Translations under genes and position numbers: made by a program
Notes under the pieces: model-generated
What the model was told of the DNA's origin: nothing
The model's database searches: none
Seen by the model: only the letters and a program-made list of their open reading frames with translations
DNA from: Alphaproteobacteria bacterium
GTDB lineage: Bacteria > Pseudomonadota > Alphaproteobacteria > UBA828
Assembly (NCBI GenBank): GCA_016869195.1
Contig: VGET01000004.1
Span: 1-42,982, forward strand
Length of the DNA stretch: 42,982 bases
Direction of reading: 5' to 3'
Shown here: in pieces, positions 31,182-39,513 of the stretch
Numbering within the stretch: the stretch's first letter is position 1
Layout of the letters: each line of letters starts with the position of its first letter

Positions 31182-33086
31182 ATGACAAGCCGCTATGACG
31201 AGGTCTATGCGCGGGCCAAGACCGCGCCCGAAGCGTTCTGGGCCGAAGCCGCCGAGGCGGTGAGCTGGACCAAACGCTGGGACCGCGTGCTCGATTTCGA
31301 TCGTGCGCCGTTCGCGCGCTGGTTCGTCGGGGCCGAGCTCAACACCTGCTACAACGTGCTCGACCGCCATGTCGAGGCCGGGCGCGGCGCGCAGATCGCG
31401 CTGATCCATGACAGCCCGGTCACCCAATCGGTGCAGAAGCTCTCTTATGCCGAACTGCTCGATCGGACCGCGCGCTTCGCTGGCGTGCTGAAGGGCGCGG
31501 GCGTCGGGCGCGGCGATCGCGTGATCATCTACATGCCGATGATCCCGGAAGCCGTGGTCGCGATGCTCGCCTGCGCGAGGCTCGGCGCGATCCACTCGGT
31601 CGTCTTCGGCGGATTCGCCGCGCCGGAGCTGGCCGCGCGCATCGATGATGCGTCGCCCAAGGTGATCGTCTGGGCGAGCTGCGGCATCGAGGTCAACCGC
31701 GTCATCCCCTATAAGCCGATGATCGATGAGGCGCTGAAGCTCGCGACCCACAAGGTCGCGCGCTGCGTGCTCATTCAGCGCACGGCGCAGCGAGCAGAGC
31801 CGGTGCCGGGCCGCGATCTCGACTACGAGAGCGAGATGGCGCGGGCAATGCCGGTCGCCTGCCTTCCCGTCCTGGCGACCGACCCGCTCTACGTGCTCTA
31901 CACCTCGGGCACCACCGGCAAGCCCAAGGGCATTGTGCGCGACAATGGCGGCCACATGGTCGCGCTCAATTGGAGCATGAAGAACATCTACGCGATGAAG
32001 CCGGGCGAGGTGTTTTGGGCCGCGTCCGACATCGGTTGGGTGGTCGGCCACTCCTATATCGTCTACGCGCCACTCGCCTATGGCTGCACCAGCATCCTCT
32101 ACGAGGGCAAGCCGGTCGGCACGCCCGATGCCGGCGCCTATTGGCGGCTGATCGCCGAGCACCAGGTGAAGGTGCTGTTCACCGCACCGACCGCGTTTCG
32201 CGCGATTCGCCGCGAGGACCCCGAGGCGACGCATCTTTCGCGCCACGATCTCTCGCGCTTCGAAATCCTGTTTCTCGCGGGCGAGCGCACCGACCCCGAC
32301 ACGCTGATCTGGGCGCAGACCAAGCTCAACCGCCCGGTGTTCGATCATTGGTGGCAGACCGAGACCGGCTGGCCCATGGGCGCGAATTGTGCGGGGCTCG
32401 GCGCGCTCCCGGTCAAGCCTGGCTCACCGACCAAGGCGGTGCCCGGCTATCGCATCGGCGTGATGGACGAGAAGGACAAGCCGGCGCCGGCCGAGACCAT
32501 CGGACCAATTGTGGTGGAACTGCCGCTGCCGCCCGGTTGCCTCCCCACGCTCTGGAACAATGAGGACGGCTGCCGGCGGGCCTATTTCGAGCGCTATCCG
32601 GGCTATTACTTGACCGGCGATGCCGGCTACATCGATCGCGATGGCTACCTCTACATCATGAGCCGCACCGACGACGTCATCAACGTCGCGGGCCATCGGC
32701 TTTCGACCGGCGCAATGGAGGAAGCGCTCGCGCGCCACCGCGATGTCGCCGAATGCGCGGTCATCGGCGTCTCGGATTCGCTCAAGGGCCAGGTGCCGCT
32801 CGGCTTCGTGGTGCTCAAGGCCGGCGTAAACCGGCCCGATGCCGACATCCTCAAGGAGCTGGTGCAGCTCGTGCGCGAGCAGATCGGCCCGGTTGCGGCC
32901 TTCCGCCAGGCGCTCGTGGTCAACCGTCTGCCCAAGACCCGCTCGGGCAAGATCCTGCGCGGCACCATGCGGAAGATCGCCGACTGCGAGGCCTATGCCA
33001 TGCCCGCGACCATCGACGATCCCGCGACCCTGGACGAAATCCGGTCGGCCTTGCGCACGGTCGGCTATGCCGGGACGACCGCCTGA
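31182..33086 (+). CDS. prpE: Propionyl-CoA synthetase (AMP-forming acyl-CoA synthetase)
   Basis: YTSGTTGKPKG, ASDIGWVVGHSYI, HWWQTETG, INVAGHRLSTG, PKTRSGKILR. Confidence 0.9.
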   Translation: MTSRYDEVYARAKTAPEAFWAEAAEAVSWTKRWDRVLDFDRAPFARWFVGAELNTCYNVLDRHVEAGRGAQIALIHDSPVTQSVQKLSYAELLDRTARFAGVLKGAGVGRGDRVIIYMPMIPEAVVAMLACARLGAIHSVVFGGFAAPELAARIDDASPKVIVWASCGIEVNRVIPYKPMIDEALKLATHKVARCVLIQRTAQRAEPVPGRDLDYESEMARAMPVACLPVLATDPLYVLYTSGTTGKPKGIVRDNGGHMVALNWSMKNIYAMKPGEVFWAASDIGWVVGHSYIVYAPLAYGCTSILYEGKPVGTPDAGAYWRLIAEHQVKVLFTAPTAFRAIRREDPEATHLSRHDLSRFEILFLAGERTDPDTLIWAQTKLNRPVFDHWWQTETGWPMGANCAGLGALPVKPGSPTKAVPGYRIGVMDEKDKPAPAETIGPIVVELPLPPGCLPTLWNNEDGCRRAYFERYPGYYLTGDAGYIDRDGYLYIMSRTDDVINVAGHRLSTGAMEEALARHRDVAECAVIGVSDSLKGQVPLGFVVLKAGVNRPDADILKELVQLVREQIGPVAAFRQALVVNRLPKTRSGKILRGTMRKIADCEAYAMPATIDDPATLDEIRSALRTVGYAGTTA

Positions 33087-33272
33087 ACCGCGGTAAAGTG
33101 GCAAGACTTGGGCCGCGCCCGGCCCGGTCTGCGGTATTCCTATATCGAATGATCGATTATTGGGGCCAAGCCGCCCAAAAAACTTATCCCCATAAATCTT
33201 ACGTTTACTTTAGGGCGTAAGGCTGAGCTGTCCGAGCATAACTGTGCGAAATGCATAGGACGGAAGAGAGCG

Positions 33273-34223
33273 ATGTCGGCCCTGAATCTCGCAGATATTC
33301 AGGTTCTCCTGGTTGAGCCCAATGAGAAGGAGCGCCTGCCGCTCCACCAGGGCCTCCTTGCGCGCGGGATCAAGGGCGCCGCCGCGGTGTCCTCAGTCGA
33401 GGAAGCGGCGTCGATTGCGCGCAAGCGCCTGATCGACATGACCATCGCGGATGCCGAGCTTCCTGCAGGCGACGCCATCACCTTCAATCGCTCGATCCGT
33501 GTCGGCCAGATGGGTCGCAACCCGTTTCTCGTCAGTGTCTGCACGCTCGCAAATACCCTCGAGAACGTCGTGCGGCAGGCCGCGCATGACGGCCCCGACC
33601 TAGTGCTCGCCAAGCCGGTGACCATCGGCAAGTTGCTCGATCGGTTGACCAGCGTGATTCACTCGCGACCGTCTTTTTTGGTGACCGACGCCTATGTCGG
33701 GCCGGACCGGCCGCAAATCGCCAGGCCGCAAGAGAACGCCACGCGGGTCGAGGTGCCCAACACGCTGGCCGACAAGGCGCTCGAGCGCTTCGACGTCAAC
33801 CGCGCGGTCTCCGCCATCGATGCGGCACGCTCGCTGGTCGAGCGCCTTGCGCTGACCCAAGCCGCGCAGACGATCTCGACCCTGACCCACCAGATCGTCA
33901 ACAGCTTCGACACCGGCACGCTCGATGAGAGCGCAAACCCAGCGCTCAGCACGCTGTTCGACCGGTCCCGCGAGATCGCCCGTCGCTTGAAGGGTACGCA
34001 GGAGGAGTCGGTCGCCGAGATGTGCATGAGCGTGATGAAAGTCTCGGTCGACCTTCAGCGTGCCATCAAGTCACCCGCGGTCAAGGATGTTCGGCTGCTT
34101 CAGAACCTCGGCATGGCGATCCACATGTCGATCACGTCGGAACGGCAGGTCGAGCACCTCTCCACACGGATCGCGAAGTCCGTCATGGAGGCGAAGTTCC
34201 GCCGCGTGGCCAAGCAGTCCTGA
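33273..34223 (+). CDS. CheY-like receiver protein with Cle-type segment (YVGPDRP) and helical C-terminal domain
   Basis: VLLVEPN, TIAD, LAKP receiver pattern; GRNPF; RPSF...YVGPDRP; paralog of the next gene. Confidence 0.8.
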   Translation: MSALNLADIQVLLVEPNEKERLPLHQGLLARGIKGAAAVSSVEEAASIARKRLIDMTIADAELPAGDAITFNRSIRVGQMGRNPFLVSVCTLANTLENVVRQAAHDGPDLVLAKPVTIGKLLDRLTSVIHSRPSFLVTDAYVGPDRPQIARPQENATRVEVPNTLADKALERFDVNRAVSAIDAARSLVERLALTQAAQTISTLTHQIVNSFDTGTLDESANPALSTLFDRSREIARRLKGTQEESVAEMCMSVMKVSVDLQRAIKSPAVKDVRLLQNLGMAIHMSITSERQVEHLSTRIAKSVMEAKFRRVAKQS

Positions 34224-34250
34224 CACTTTGCGCCATTCGCCGGCACCTTG

Positions 34251-34266
34251 ATAACCGCTTCTTAAC
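34251..34266 (+). promoter_or_regulatory. Putative CtrA-binding site
   Basis: ATAA-N7-TTAAC, one mismatch to TTAA-N7-TTAAC, upstream of the second receiver gene. Confidence 0.55.
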
Positions 34267-34331
34267 CCGCGCCCGCGAGCATGGGCTCTGGCCTGCCAAG
34301 GCCGCGCCAACGCAGCGAGAAGGACGCGCTC

Positions 34332-35285
34332 ATGTCGGCGATCAAGCTCGCCGAAGTACAGGTGCTACTCGTCGAGCCGAATGAGGAGGCGCGCCGCCCG
34401 CTTCAGGACGGGTTGATCGCGCATGGCCTCAAGAACACGGCATCCGTCGGCTCGGTCGCCGAGGCGGTGGCGCTTTGCCGCATCCGCATGTTCGACCTCG
34501 TGATCGCGGATCACGGCCTGCTCAAGTTTCAGCGGAACTCGCTGCTCAAGGCGATTCGTTTCGGCGAGGTCGGTCGCAACCCCTTCCTGGTGAACTTCAG
34601 CACGCTGCAGAGCTCGACCGCCGGCGCCGTGAGCCAGGCGATCAATGACGGCCCTGACGCCGTGCTCGCAAAGCCGTTCGCGGTCTCGATGCTGCTCGAT
34701 CGGGTTGCGCGCATGATCGACAGCCGGCAACCCTTCGTCGTCACCGGCACCTATATCGGGCCGGATCGGCGCACGGTGGCACGGCCGCAAGGCGCGGTCG
34801 CGATGCTCGATGTGCCCAACACGTTGCGCGACAAGGCACTCGACCAGTTCGACCCGGCTCGTGCCTTCGCCGAGATCGATGCCGCGCGCGCGGTGGTCGA
34901 CACCCAGATGCTGGCGCAGAACGCCCTCGTCGTGACCTCGGTCGCGCGCGAGGTGGTGGGCCTCTATGACCGCGGCAATGTCGAAAGCTCGATCCGGCTG
35001 TTGCTCGACATGCTGCTCGAGCGCGGGCGCGAGACCGCGCGCCGCGTCACCAACACGGCCGACGCGCATGTCGCCGAGTTGTGCGAAGGTCTGGTCAAGG
35101 TGGTCGAGGACATCAGGGGCGACTACCTCGCCCCCTCGCCCAAGGACGTTCGGCTGTTACAGAACCTAGGCCTCGCGATCGATATGTCGCTGAAGCCCGA
35201 AGAGAAGATCACGCATCTCTCGAAGCGCATCGCCTACTCGGTGATGGAAGCGAAGCGTCGACGCCCGGTTCAGCGGGTGTTGTAG
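34332..35285 (+). CDS. CheY-like receiver protein with intact Cle-type motif (YIGPDRR) and helical C-terminal domain
   Basis: VLLVEPN, VIAD, LAKP; RQPF...YIGPDRR; ATG 34332 aligns with the paralog start. Confidence 0.8.
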   Translation: MSAIKLAEVQVLLVEPNEEARRPLQDGLIAHGLKNTASVGSVAEAVALCRIRMFDLVIADHGLLKFQRNSLLKAIRFGEVGRNPFLVNFSTLQSSTAGAVSQAINDGPDAVLAKPFAVSMLLDRVARMIDSRQPFVVTGTYIGPDRRTVARPQGAVAMLDVPNTLRDKALDQFDPARAFAEIDAARAVVDTQMLAQNALVVTSVAREVVGLYDRGNVESSIRLLLDMLLERGRETARRVTNTADAHVAELCEGLVKVVEDIRGDYLAPSPKDVRLLQNLGLAIDMSLKPEEKITHLSKRIAYSVMEAKRRRPVQRVL

Positions 35286-35294
35286 GCGCGTTCC

Positions 35295-35978
35295 TCAGGC
35301 GTTCGAATCACCGTCCGCGCCGGCAGCGCTATCGTTGGCTGGCGCATCCACGCCACCGACGTCCGAACCAGCCGCCGTCGCCCCCGCCTCATCCGGCTTC
35401 GGGGTCGCGGCCTTGCGCGGCCGGTTCGCACCTTTCTCAGCACGCTGCGCGGCCCGCTCCTCGCGCCGACGCGCGATGTTGATCTGCTCGAGCAGCTCGG
35501 CCTCGCTGCACAGCCCGAGCAACACCGGATCCTGCGGCGAGATGTTGGCGGCGTTCCAATGCGTGCGGCCACGCACCTGGGCGATCGTCGCGGGCGTCGT
35601 GCCAAGCAGTCGCGCGACTTGCGAATCGCTCAGCACCGGATAGTTGCGAATCAGCCAGGCGATCGCGTTCGGGCGCTCATGGCGCTTGCTGACCGGGGTG
35701 TAGCGGCCGCGCCTTGGCTTCGTCACCGTCTCCGCCACGCTGCCGGCGATCTTGAGCCGCGCTGCGGGGTCGCCCTCGCAGCGCGCGATCTCTTCCGTCG
35801 ACAATTGGCCGGTCGACACGGGATCGAGCCCGCGTATGCCAACCGCCACCTCGCCATCGGCGATGCCCTGCACCTCGAGCGGGTGCAGCCCGGTGAAGCC
35901 CGCTATCTGCTCGAAGCTAAGCGCGGTGTTTTCGACCAGCCATACGGCGGTCGCCTTCGGCATCAGCGGCTGGGCCAT
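35295..35978 (-). CDS. trcR: DUF1013 family cell-cycle transcriptional regulator TrcR
   Basis: PLMPKATAVWLVENT, LHPLEV, RYTPVSKR, RTHWN, DPVLLGLCS. Confidence 0.88.
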   Translation of the reverse strand: MAQPLMPKATAVWLVENTALSFEQIAGFTGLHPLEVQGIADGEVAVGIRGLDPVSTGQLSTEEIARCEGDPAARLKIAGSVAETVTKPRRGRYTPVSKRHERPNAIAWLIRNYPVLSDSQVARLLGTTPATIAQVRGRTHWNAANISPQDPVLLGLCSEAELLEQINIARRREERAAQRAEKGANRPRKAATPKPDEAGATAAGSDVGGVDAPANDSAAGADGDSNA

Positions 35979-36117
35979 CGATTCATTCTCCAAAGCACGC
36001 GGCGGCGCGGCCTACCGTCGGACCCGACGGCACCCGCCACCGCCATGTCCAAAGGTGTGGTGAGTGTGCAAACTATACTGGCTTCGCCGCGAGGGTAAAG
36101 CCTGTGCGGCAGCAGGG

Positions 36118-37116
36118 TCAAACCGTCAGAATCACCTTGCCGATGTGTTGGCCCGATTCGAGCCGGGCATGGGCCTCGCTCGCCTGAGCCAGGGAATAGG
36201 TGCGATCGATCACGGGCTTGACCGCGCCTGCCGCGATCAGTGGCCAGACCTCGCTTTGCAGGCCCGCGGCGATGCGCGCCTTGGCCTCGACGCTCTGCGG
36301 GCGGAGCGTCGAGCCGGTGAGCATCAGGCGCTTCTGCATCAGGACGACGAGGTTGATCTCGGCCTTCGCGCCCTCCTGCACCGCGATCAACGCGAGCCGG
36401 CCCTCGGGCCGGAGCGCCTTCATGTCGCGAGCGATGTAGGAGCCGCCCACCATGTCGAGCACAACATCGACACCTTCCCCGCCGGTGAGCTTGAGCACCG
36501 CCTCTTCGAACGGCTCGGCACGGTAATTGATCGCGCCCTCGGCGCCGAGGGTCAGGCAGGCAGCGCATTTTTCGTCCGAGCCGGCGGTCGCGAACACGCG
36601 CGCGCCGAAGGCGCGGGCCAGTTGAATCGCCGTCGTGCCGATGCCGCTGGTGCCGCCGTGAATCAGCACGCGCTCACCCGCCCTCAACCCGGCGCGCATG
36701 AACAGATTGGTCCAGACGGTGAAGAAGGTCTCCGGCAGGCCGGCCGCTTCGACCGCGCCGAGTTGTCCCGGAATCTGCAGGCACTGCGCCTCGGGCGCCG
36801 TGCAGAACGTGGCGTAGCCGCCACCCGTGACCAGCGCGCAAACCCGCTCCCCCAGCTTGAAGCGATTCGTTCCAGGCCCGAGCGCGACGATCTCGCCCGC
36901 GACCTCGAGGCCGGGGATGTCGCTCGCACCCTGCGGCGGCGGGTAGCCGCCCTTACGCTGCATCAGGTCAGGCCGGTTCACCCCCGCCGCCTCGACCCGG
37001 ATCAGGACCTCTCCGAGCCCGGGCACCGGCATCGGCCGCTTCGCCGGCTTCAGCACCTCCGGCCCGCCGGGTGAGCTGATTTCGATCGCCGTGATCTCGG
37101 CAGGCAGCGTTGGCAT
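36118..37116 (-). CDS. NAD(P)H-quinone oxidoreductase, PIG3 family
   Basis: AAGVNRPD, PGLEVAG, LPETFFTVW, HGGTSGIGT, TGSTLR, HIGKVIL. Confidence 0.93.
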   Translation of the reverse strand: MPTLPAEITAIEISSPGGPEVLKPAKRPMPVPGLGEVLIRVEAAGVNRPDLMQRKGGYPPPQGASDIPGLEVAGEIVALGPGTNRFKLGERVCALVTGGGYATFCTAPEAQCLQIPGQLGAVEAAGLPETFFTVWTNLFMRAGLRAGERVLIHGGTSGIGTTAIQLARAFGARVFATAGSDEKCAACLTLGAEGAINYRAEPFEEAVLKLTGGEGVDVVLDMVGGSYIARDMKALRPEGRLALIAVQEGAKAEINLVVLMQKRLMLTGSTLRPQSVEAKARIAAGLQSEVWPLIAAGAVKPVIDRTYSLAQASEAHARLESGQHIGKVILTV

Positions 37117-37176
37117 GGCTCGGGTCCGGCTTGTTGCGGTTGGCGGCGGCGGCGGTAGTCTTTAGCAGAGCCGATC

Positions 37177-37371
37177 ATGGAGGGCATCATGGACGACGAT
37201 GAGGCACGGCCACCCCTGCCCGACTGGCCGCCGAAATCGATCGATCACCTCTCGCTCGAGGCGCTGCAGGCCTATCGGCGGGCGCTGGACGCCGAGATCG
37301 CCCGGGTCGAGCGCACGATCGAGTCGCGCGGCCGGCACCGCTCAGCCGCCGACGCATTGTTCAAGCGTTAG
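37177..37371 (+). CDS. DUF1192 family protein
   Basis: LSLEAL..YRRALDAEIARV...RSAADALFK; divergent from the quinone oxidoreductase; start 37177 or 37189. Confidence 0.82.
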   Translation: MEGIMDDDEARPPLPDWPPKSIDHLSLEALQAYRRALDAEIARVERTIESRGRHRSAADALFKR

Positions 37372-37397
37372 CAAAAAGGGCGGAAGGGTCGCCGGCA

Positions 37398-37412
37398 TTA
37401 ACGAATTCTTAG
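37398..37412. promoter_or_regulatory. Putative CtrA-binding site
   Basis: TTAA-CGAATTC-TTAG (TTAA-N7-TTAA with one mismatch) upstream of the candidate sRNA. Confidence 0.55.
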
Positions 37413-37444
37413 AGCTTTCGGCCTAGGGTGGGCCTTGCCGATAT

Positions 37445-37538
37445 ATCGATACCCCGATCTATCGTGCATTTTGTCCTCCCTGATTATTCCGTCTCCCTGT
37501 AACCCGCGCCGCCGGTCCTCCGGCGGCGCTTTTGTTTT
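37445..37538 (+). ncRNA. Candidate trans-acting sRNA with anti-SD motifs
   Basis: TCCTCCCTG (37474) and TCTCCCTG (37492) followed by an intrinsic terminator carrying TCCTCC at its loop; 5' end is a guess. Confidence 0.55.
37506..37538 (+). terminator. Rho-independent terminator
   Basis: Perfect 10-bp stem GCGCCGCCGG/CCGGCGGCGC, loop TCCT, tail TTTTGTTTT. Confidence 0.88.
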
Positions 37539-37601
37539 CGGCGCGTGAAATCCGCGCGCGCCTGCGTGTCGCAGGGTGCCGGGGCGAACCGGTTAAACCC
37601 C

Positions 37602-37630
37602 TTGACATACAAGGATTTGTGGCCTTAACT
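37602..37630 (+). promoter_or_regulatory. Putative sigma70 promoter of the lipoprotein gene
   Basis: Consensus TTGACA, 17 nt spacer, TTAACT; AGGGAG RBS before ATG 37666. Confidence 0.5.
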
Positions 37631-37665
37631 CGGGCGGCCAACGAGAGCTATAGGGAGCACGGTCC

Positions 37666-37944
37666 ATGGTCAGAAAATCCTTCGTCGTCCGGTCTCTCAT
37701 CCTGGCGTTGCCACTGGCGATTGCGGCCGGCTGCACGCAGCCGCAGACCGACTCGTCCAAGGTCGACGCAGCGGCCCAGCAATCGGCCGAGTCCAAGCAG
37801 ATGGCGATGGACGCCATGGCCAAGGCCCAGGAGGCGGCTGATGCGGCCAATCGAGCGGCGGCGGCGGCTGAGCAGGCCGCGGCGGACGCCCAGGCGGCGT
37901 CCGACAAGGCCGATCGGATGATGCAGAAGTCGATGCACAAATAG
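37666..37944 (+). CDS. OprI/Lpp-like alanine-zipper outer-membrane lipoprotein
   Basis: 92 aa; lipobox-like IAAG-C23; Ala-rich coiled coil; C-terminus DRMMQKSMHK ending in Lys; good RBS. Confidence 0.85.
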   Translation: MVRKSFVVRSLILALPLAIAAGCTQPQTDSSKVDAAAQQSAESKQMAMDAMAKAQEAADAANRAAAAAEQAAADAQAASDKADRMMQKSMHK

Positions 37945-37968
37945 GTCGTATCAACCGGTTTTGACGGG

Positions 37969-37992
37969 GCGGCCGGTCAGGCAACCGGCCGC
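37969..37992. terminator. Hairpin between convergent lipoprotein and L,D-transpeptidase genes
   Basis: GCGGCCGGT-CAGGCA-ACCGGCCGC 9-bp stem; no clear U tract. Confidence 0.45.
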
Positions 37993-38003
37993 CAGCGGGT
38001 CGT

Positions 38004-38966
38004 TCAGTCGGCTGAAGGCTCGGCGTTCGCGATCGGCACCGGGGTGCCCGAGCGCTGGCTGAGCGTCTGTTTGATCAGGCCCCAATCGACCCACGAAAAG
38101 GCGTCGCCCGCCGTCACGCGGATCAACTCCATCGTGACATCGTCAATCGGGTCGACGGGCGCGAGCCCCAGCGCACCGGTTTCCTCCAGCGCGAAAATCT
38201 GCGCGGGCTCGGGGTGGGCCTCCAGATAGAGCACGCCATCGACCCAGCCGGCCTTGACCTTCTGATCCACGATCGTCACCGGCGTGCCGACTCTGATTTT
38301 GTCGAACAGATGGGCGATGTCCTCGGGATATAGCCGGATGCAGCCATGGCTTACCCGCCGCCCAACACCCCAGGGCCGGTTGGTGCCATGCACCAAATAG
38401 CCCGGAAAGCCGAGATAGATCGCGTATTCGCCGAGCGGGTTGTTGGGTCCGGGCGTAACGACGCGCGGCAAATCGGGCTGCTCCGCGCGCACCGCGGGCC
38501 CTGGATACCAGGTCGGGCGATGTTGTTTGCGCACCACCGACGTTGAGCCGAGCGGCGTATTCCAGCCCTCTCGGCCGGTGCCGATCGGCACGCTGATCGG
38601 CGGCTCGTCGCCGCGCGGAAAGAAGTAGAGCCGCTGGTCACCCAGATTGATGATGAGGCCCTTGTGCGGCGCGTTCGGCAGCAAATGGCCAGTCGGCAGT
38701 ACGACCTTGGTGCCCTCGCCGGGCAGCCAGGGGTCGACGCCCGGATTGGCGGCAATCATTTCGGTGTAGCCGAGGCTATTGTCACGGGCGACGTCGAGCA
38801 GTGTGTCCTCATAGAACGTGGTGTAGGAGCGCATCTCGCCGACAATCGCACTGGTCGTATGATCGGCTTCAAGCGCTGCTGCCGGAGGCGGGGCCGCGCA
38901 CAGGAGGCCAAGCGCCAGGATCACGCCCCCGCACCAACTTCGCCAATGGCTTCCGTATGTCACCAC
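38004..38966 (-). CDS. L,D-transpeptidase, ErfK/YbiS/YcfS/YnhG type
   Basis: Signal peptide, LysM-like DTLLDVAR..AANPGVDPWLP, GPNNPLG, catalytic VHGTN...VSHGCIRLY, C-terminal KAGWVDGVLYLEAH domain. Confidence 0.93.
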   Translation of the reverse strand: MVTYGSHWRSWCGGVILALGLLCAAPPPAAALEADHTTSAIVGEMRSYTTFYEDTLLDVARDNSLGYTEMIAANPGVDPWLPGEGTKVVLPTGHLLPNAPHKGLIINLGDQRLYFFPRGDEPPISVPIGTGREGWNTPLGSTSVVRKQHRPTWYPGPAVRAEQPDLPRVVTPGPNNPLGEYAIYLGFPGYLVHGTNRPWGVGRRVSHGCIRLYPEDIAHLFDKIRVGTPVTIVDQKVKAGWVDGVLYLEAHPEPAQIFALEETGALGLAPVDPIDDVTMELIRVTAGDAFSWVDWGLIKQTLSQRSGTPVPIANAEPSAD

Positions 38967-39094
38967 GCAACACCCTCGGGTTGTCGATCCAAGCCCGGTT
39001 GACCGAAAAGGAAAAACAGTTTGTTAACGCCGGGCCCCGATGATAGGCGAGGGTCTCCGGCCGACCATCGATTGCCCGAGCCAGCGGAGTTCGC

Positions 39095-39505
39095 GTGTCG
39101 AACGAAGATACCAGCACGGCCTATTTCAGCCGGACCTTCGATGAGGCGCTCCGCCTTGTCGTGGAGGCGCGCGACTATGTCGCCGGCCGGCTGGCGTTCG
39201 ACCGCGAGATCGGCGGGCCGGTGCATCAACTCACCTGCGATTGTGAGACTCTGCGCCTCACCACGCGCCTGACCCAGGTGATGGCCTGGCTCTTCATCCA
39301 GCGCGCGCTGCACGAGGGCGAGATCACCGCCGAAGAAGCGCAGTGTGACGCCAATCGGCTGGGCGCGCAGGACGTTTGCCTCGCCGACGACGCTGACATT
39401 GCGGCGCGCCTGCCCAAGCGCCTCGGCAGCCTGAAGAGCCGGAGCCTCGCGCTCTATCAGCGCATCGCGCGCCTGGACGAGATGACGGTGCGCGGCGCGG
39501 CCTGA
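39095..39505 (+). CDS. rcdA: DUF1465 family protein, RcdA (regulator of CtrA degradation) homolog
   Basis: FDEALRLVVEARDY, ETLRLTTRLTQVMAWL..QRA..EGE, SLALYQRIARLD; partial CtrA-like site AAAA-N7-TTAAC at 39013-39028. Confidence 0.85.
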   Translation: MSNEDTSTAYFSRTFDEALRLVVEARDYVAGRLAFDREIGGPVHQLTCDCETLRLTTRLTQVMAWLFIQRALHEGEITAEEAQCDANRLGAQDVCLADDADIAARLPKRLGSLKSRSLALYQRIARLDEMTVRGAA

Positions 39506-39513
39506 GCCCGGGC

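Noticed and set aside
33190-33220. CtrA box upstream of the first receiver gene
   Set aside because: AT-rich, but the best matches (TAAA-N7-TTTAC, TTAC-N8-GTAA) are too degenerate to call
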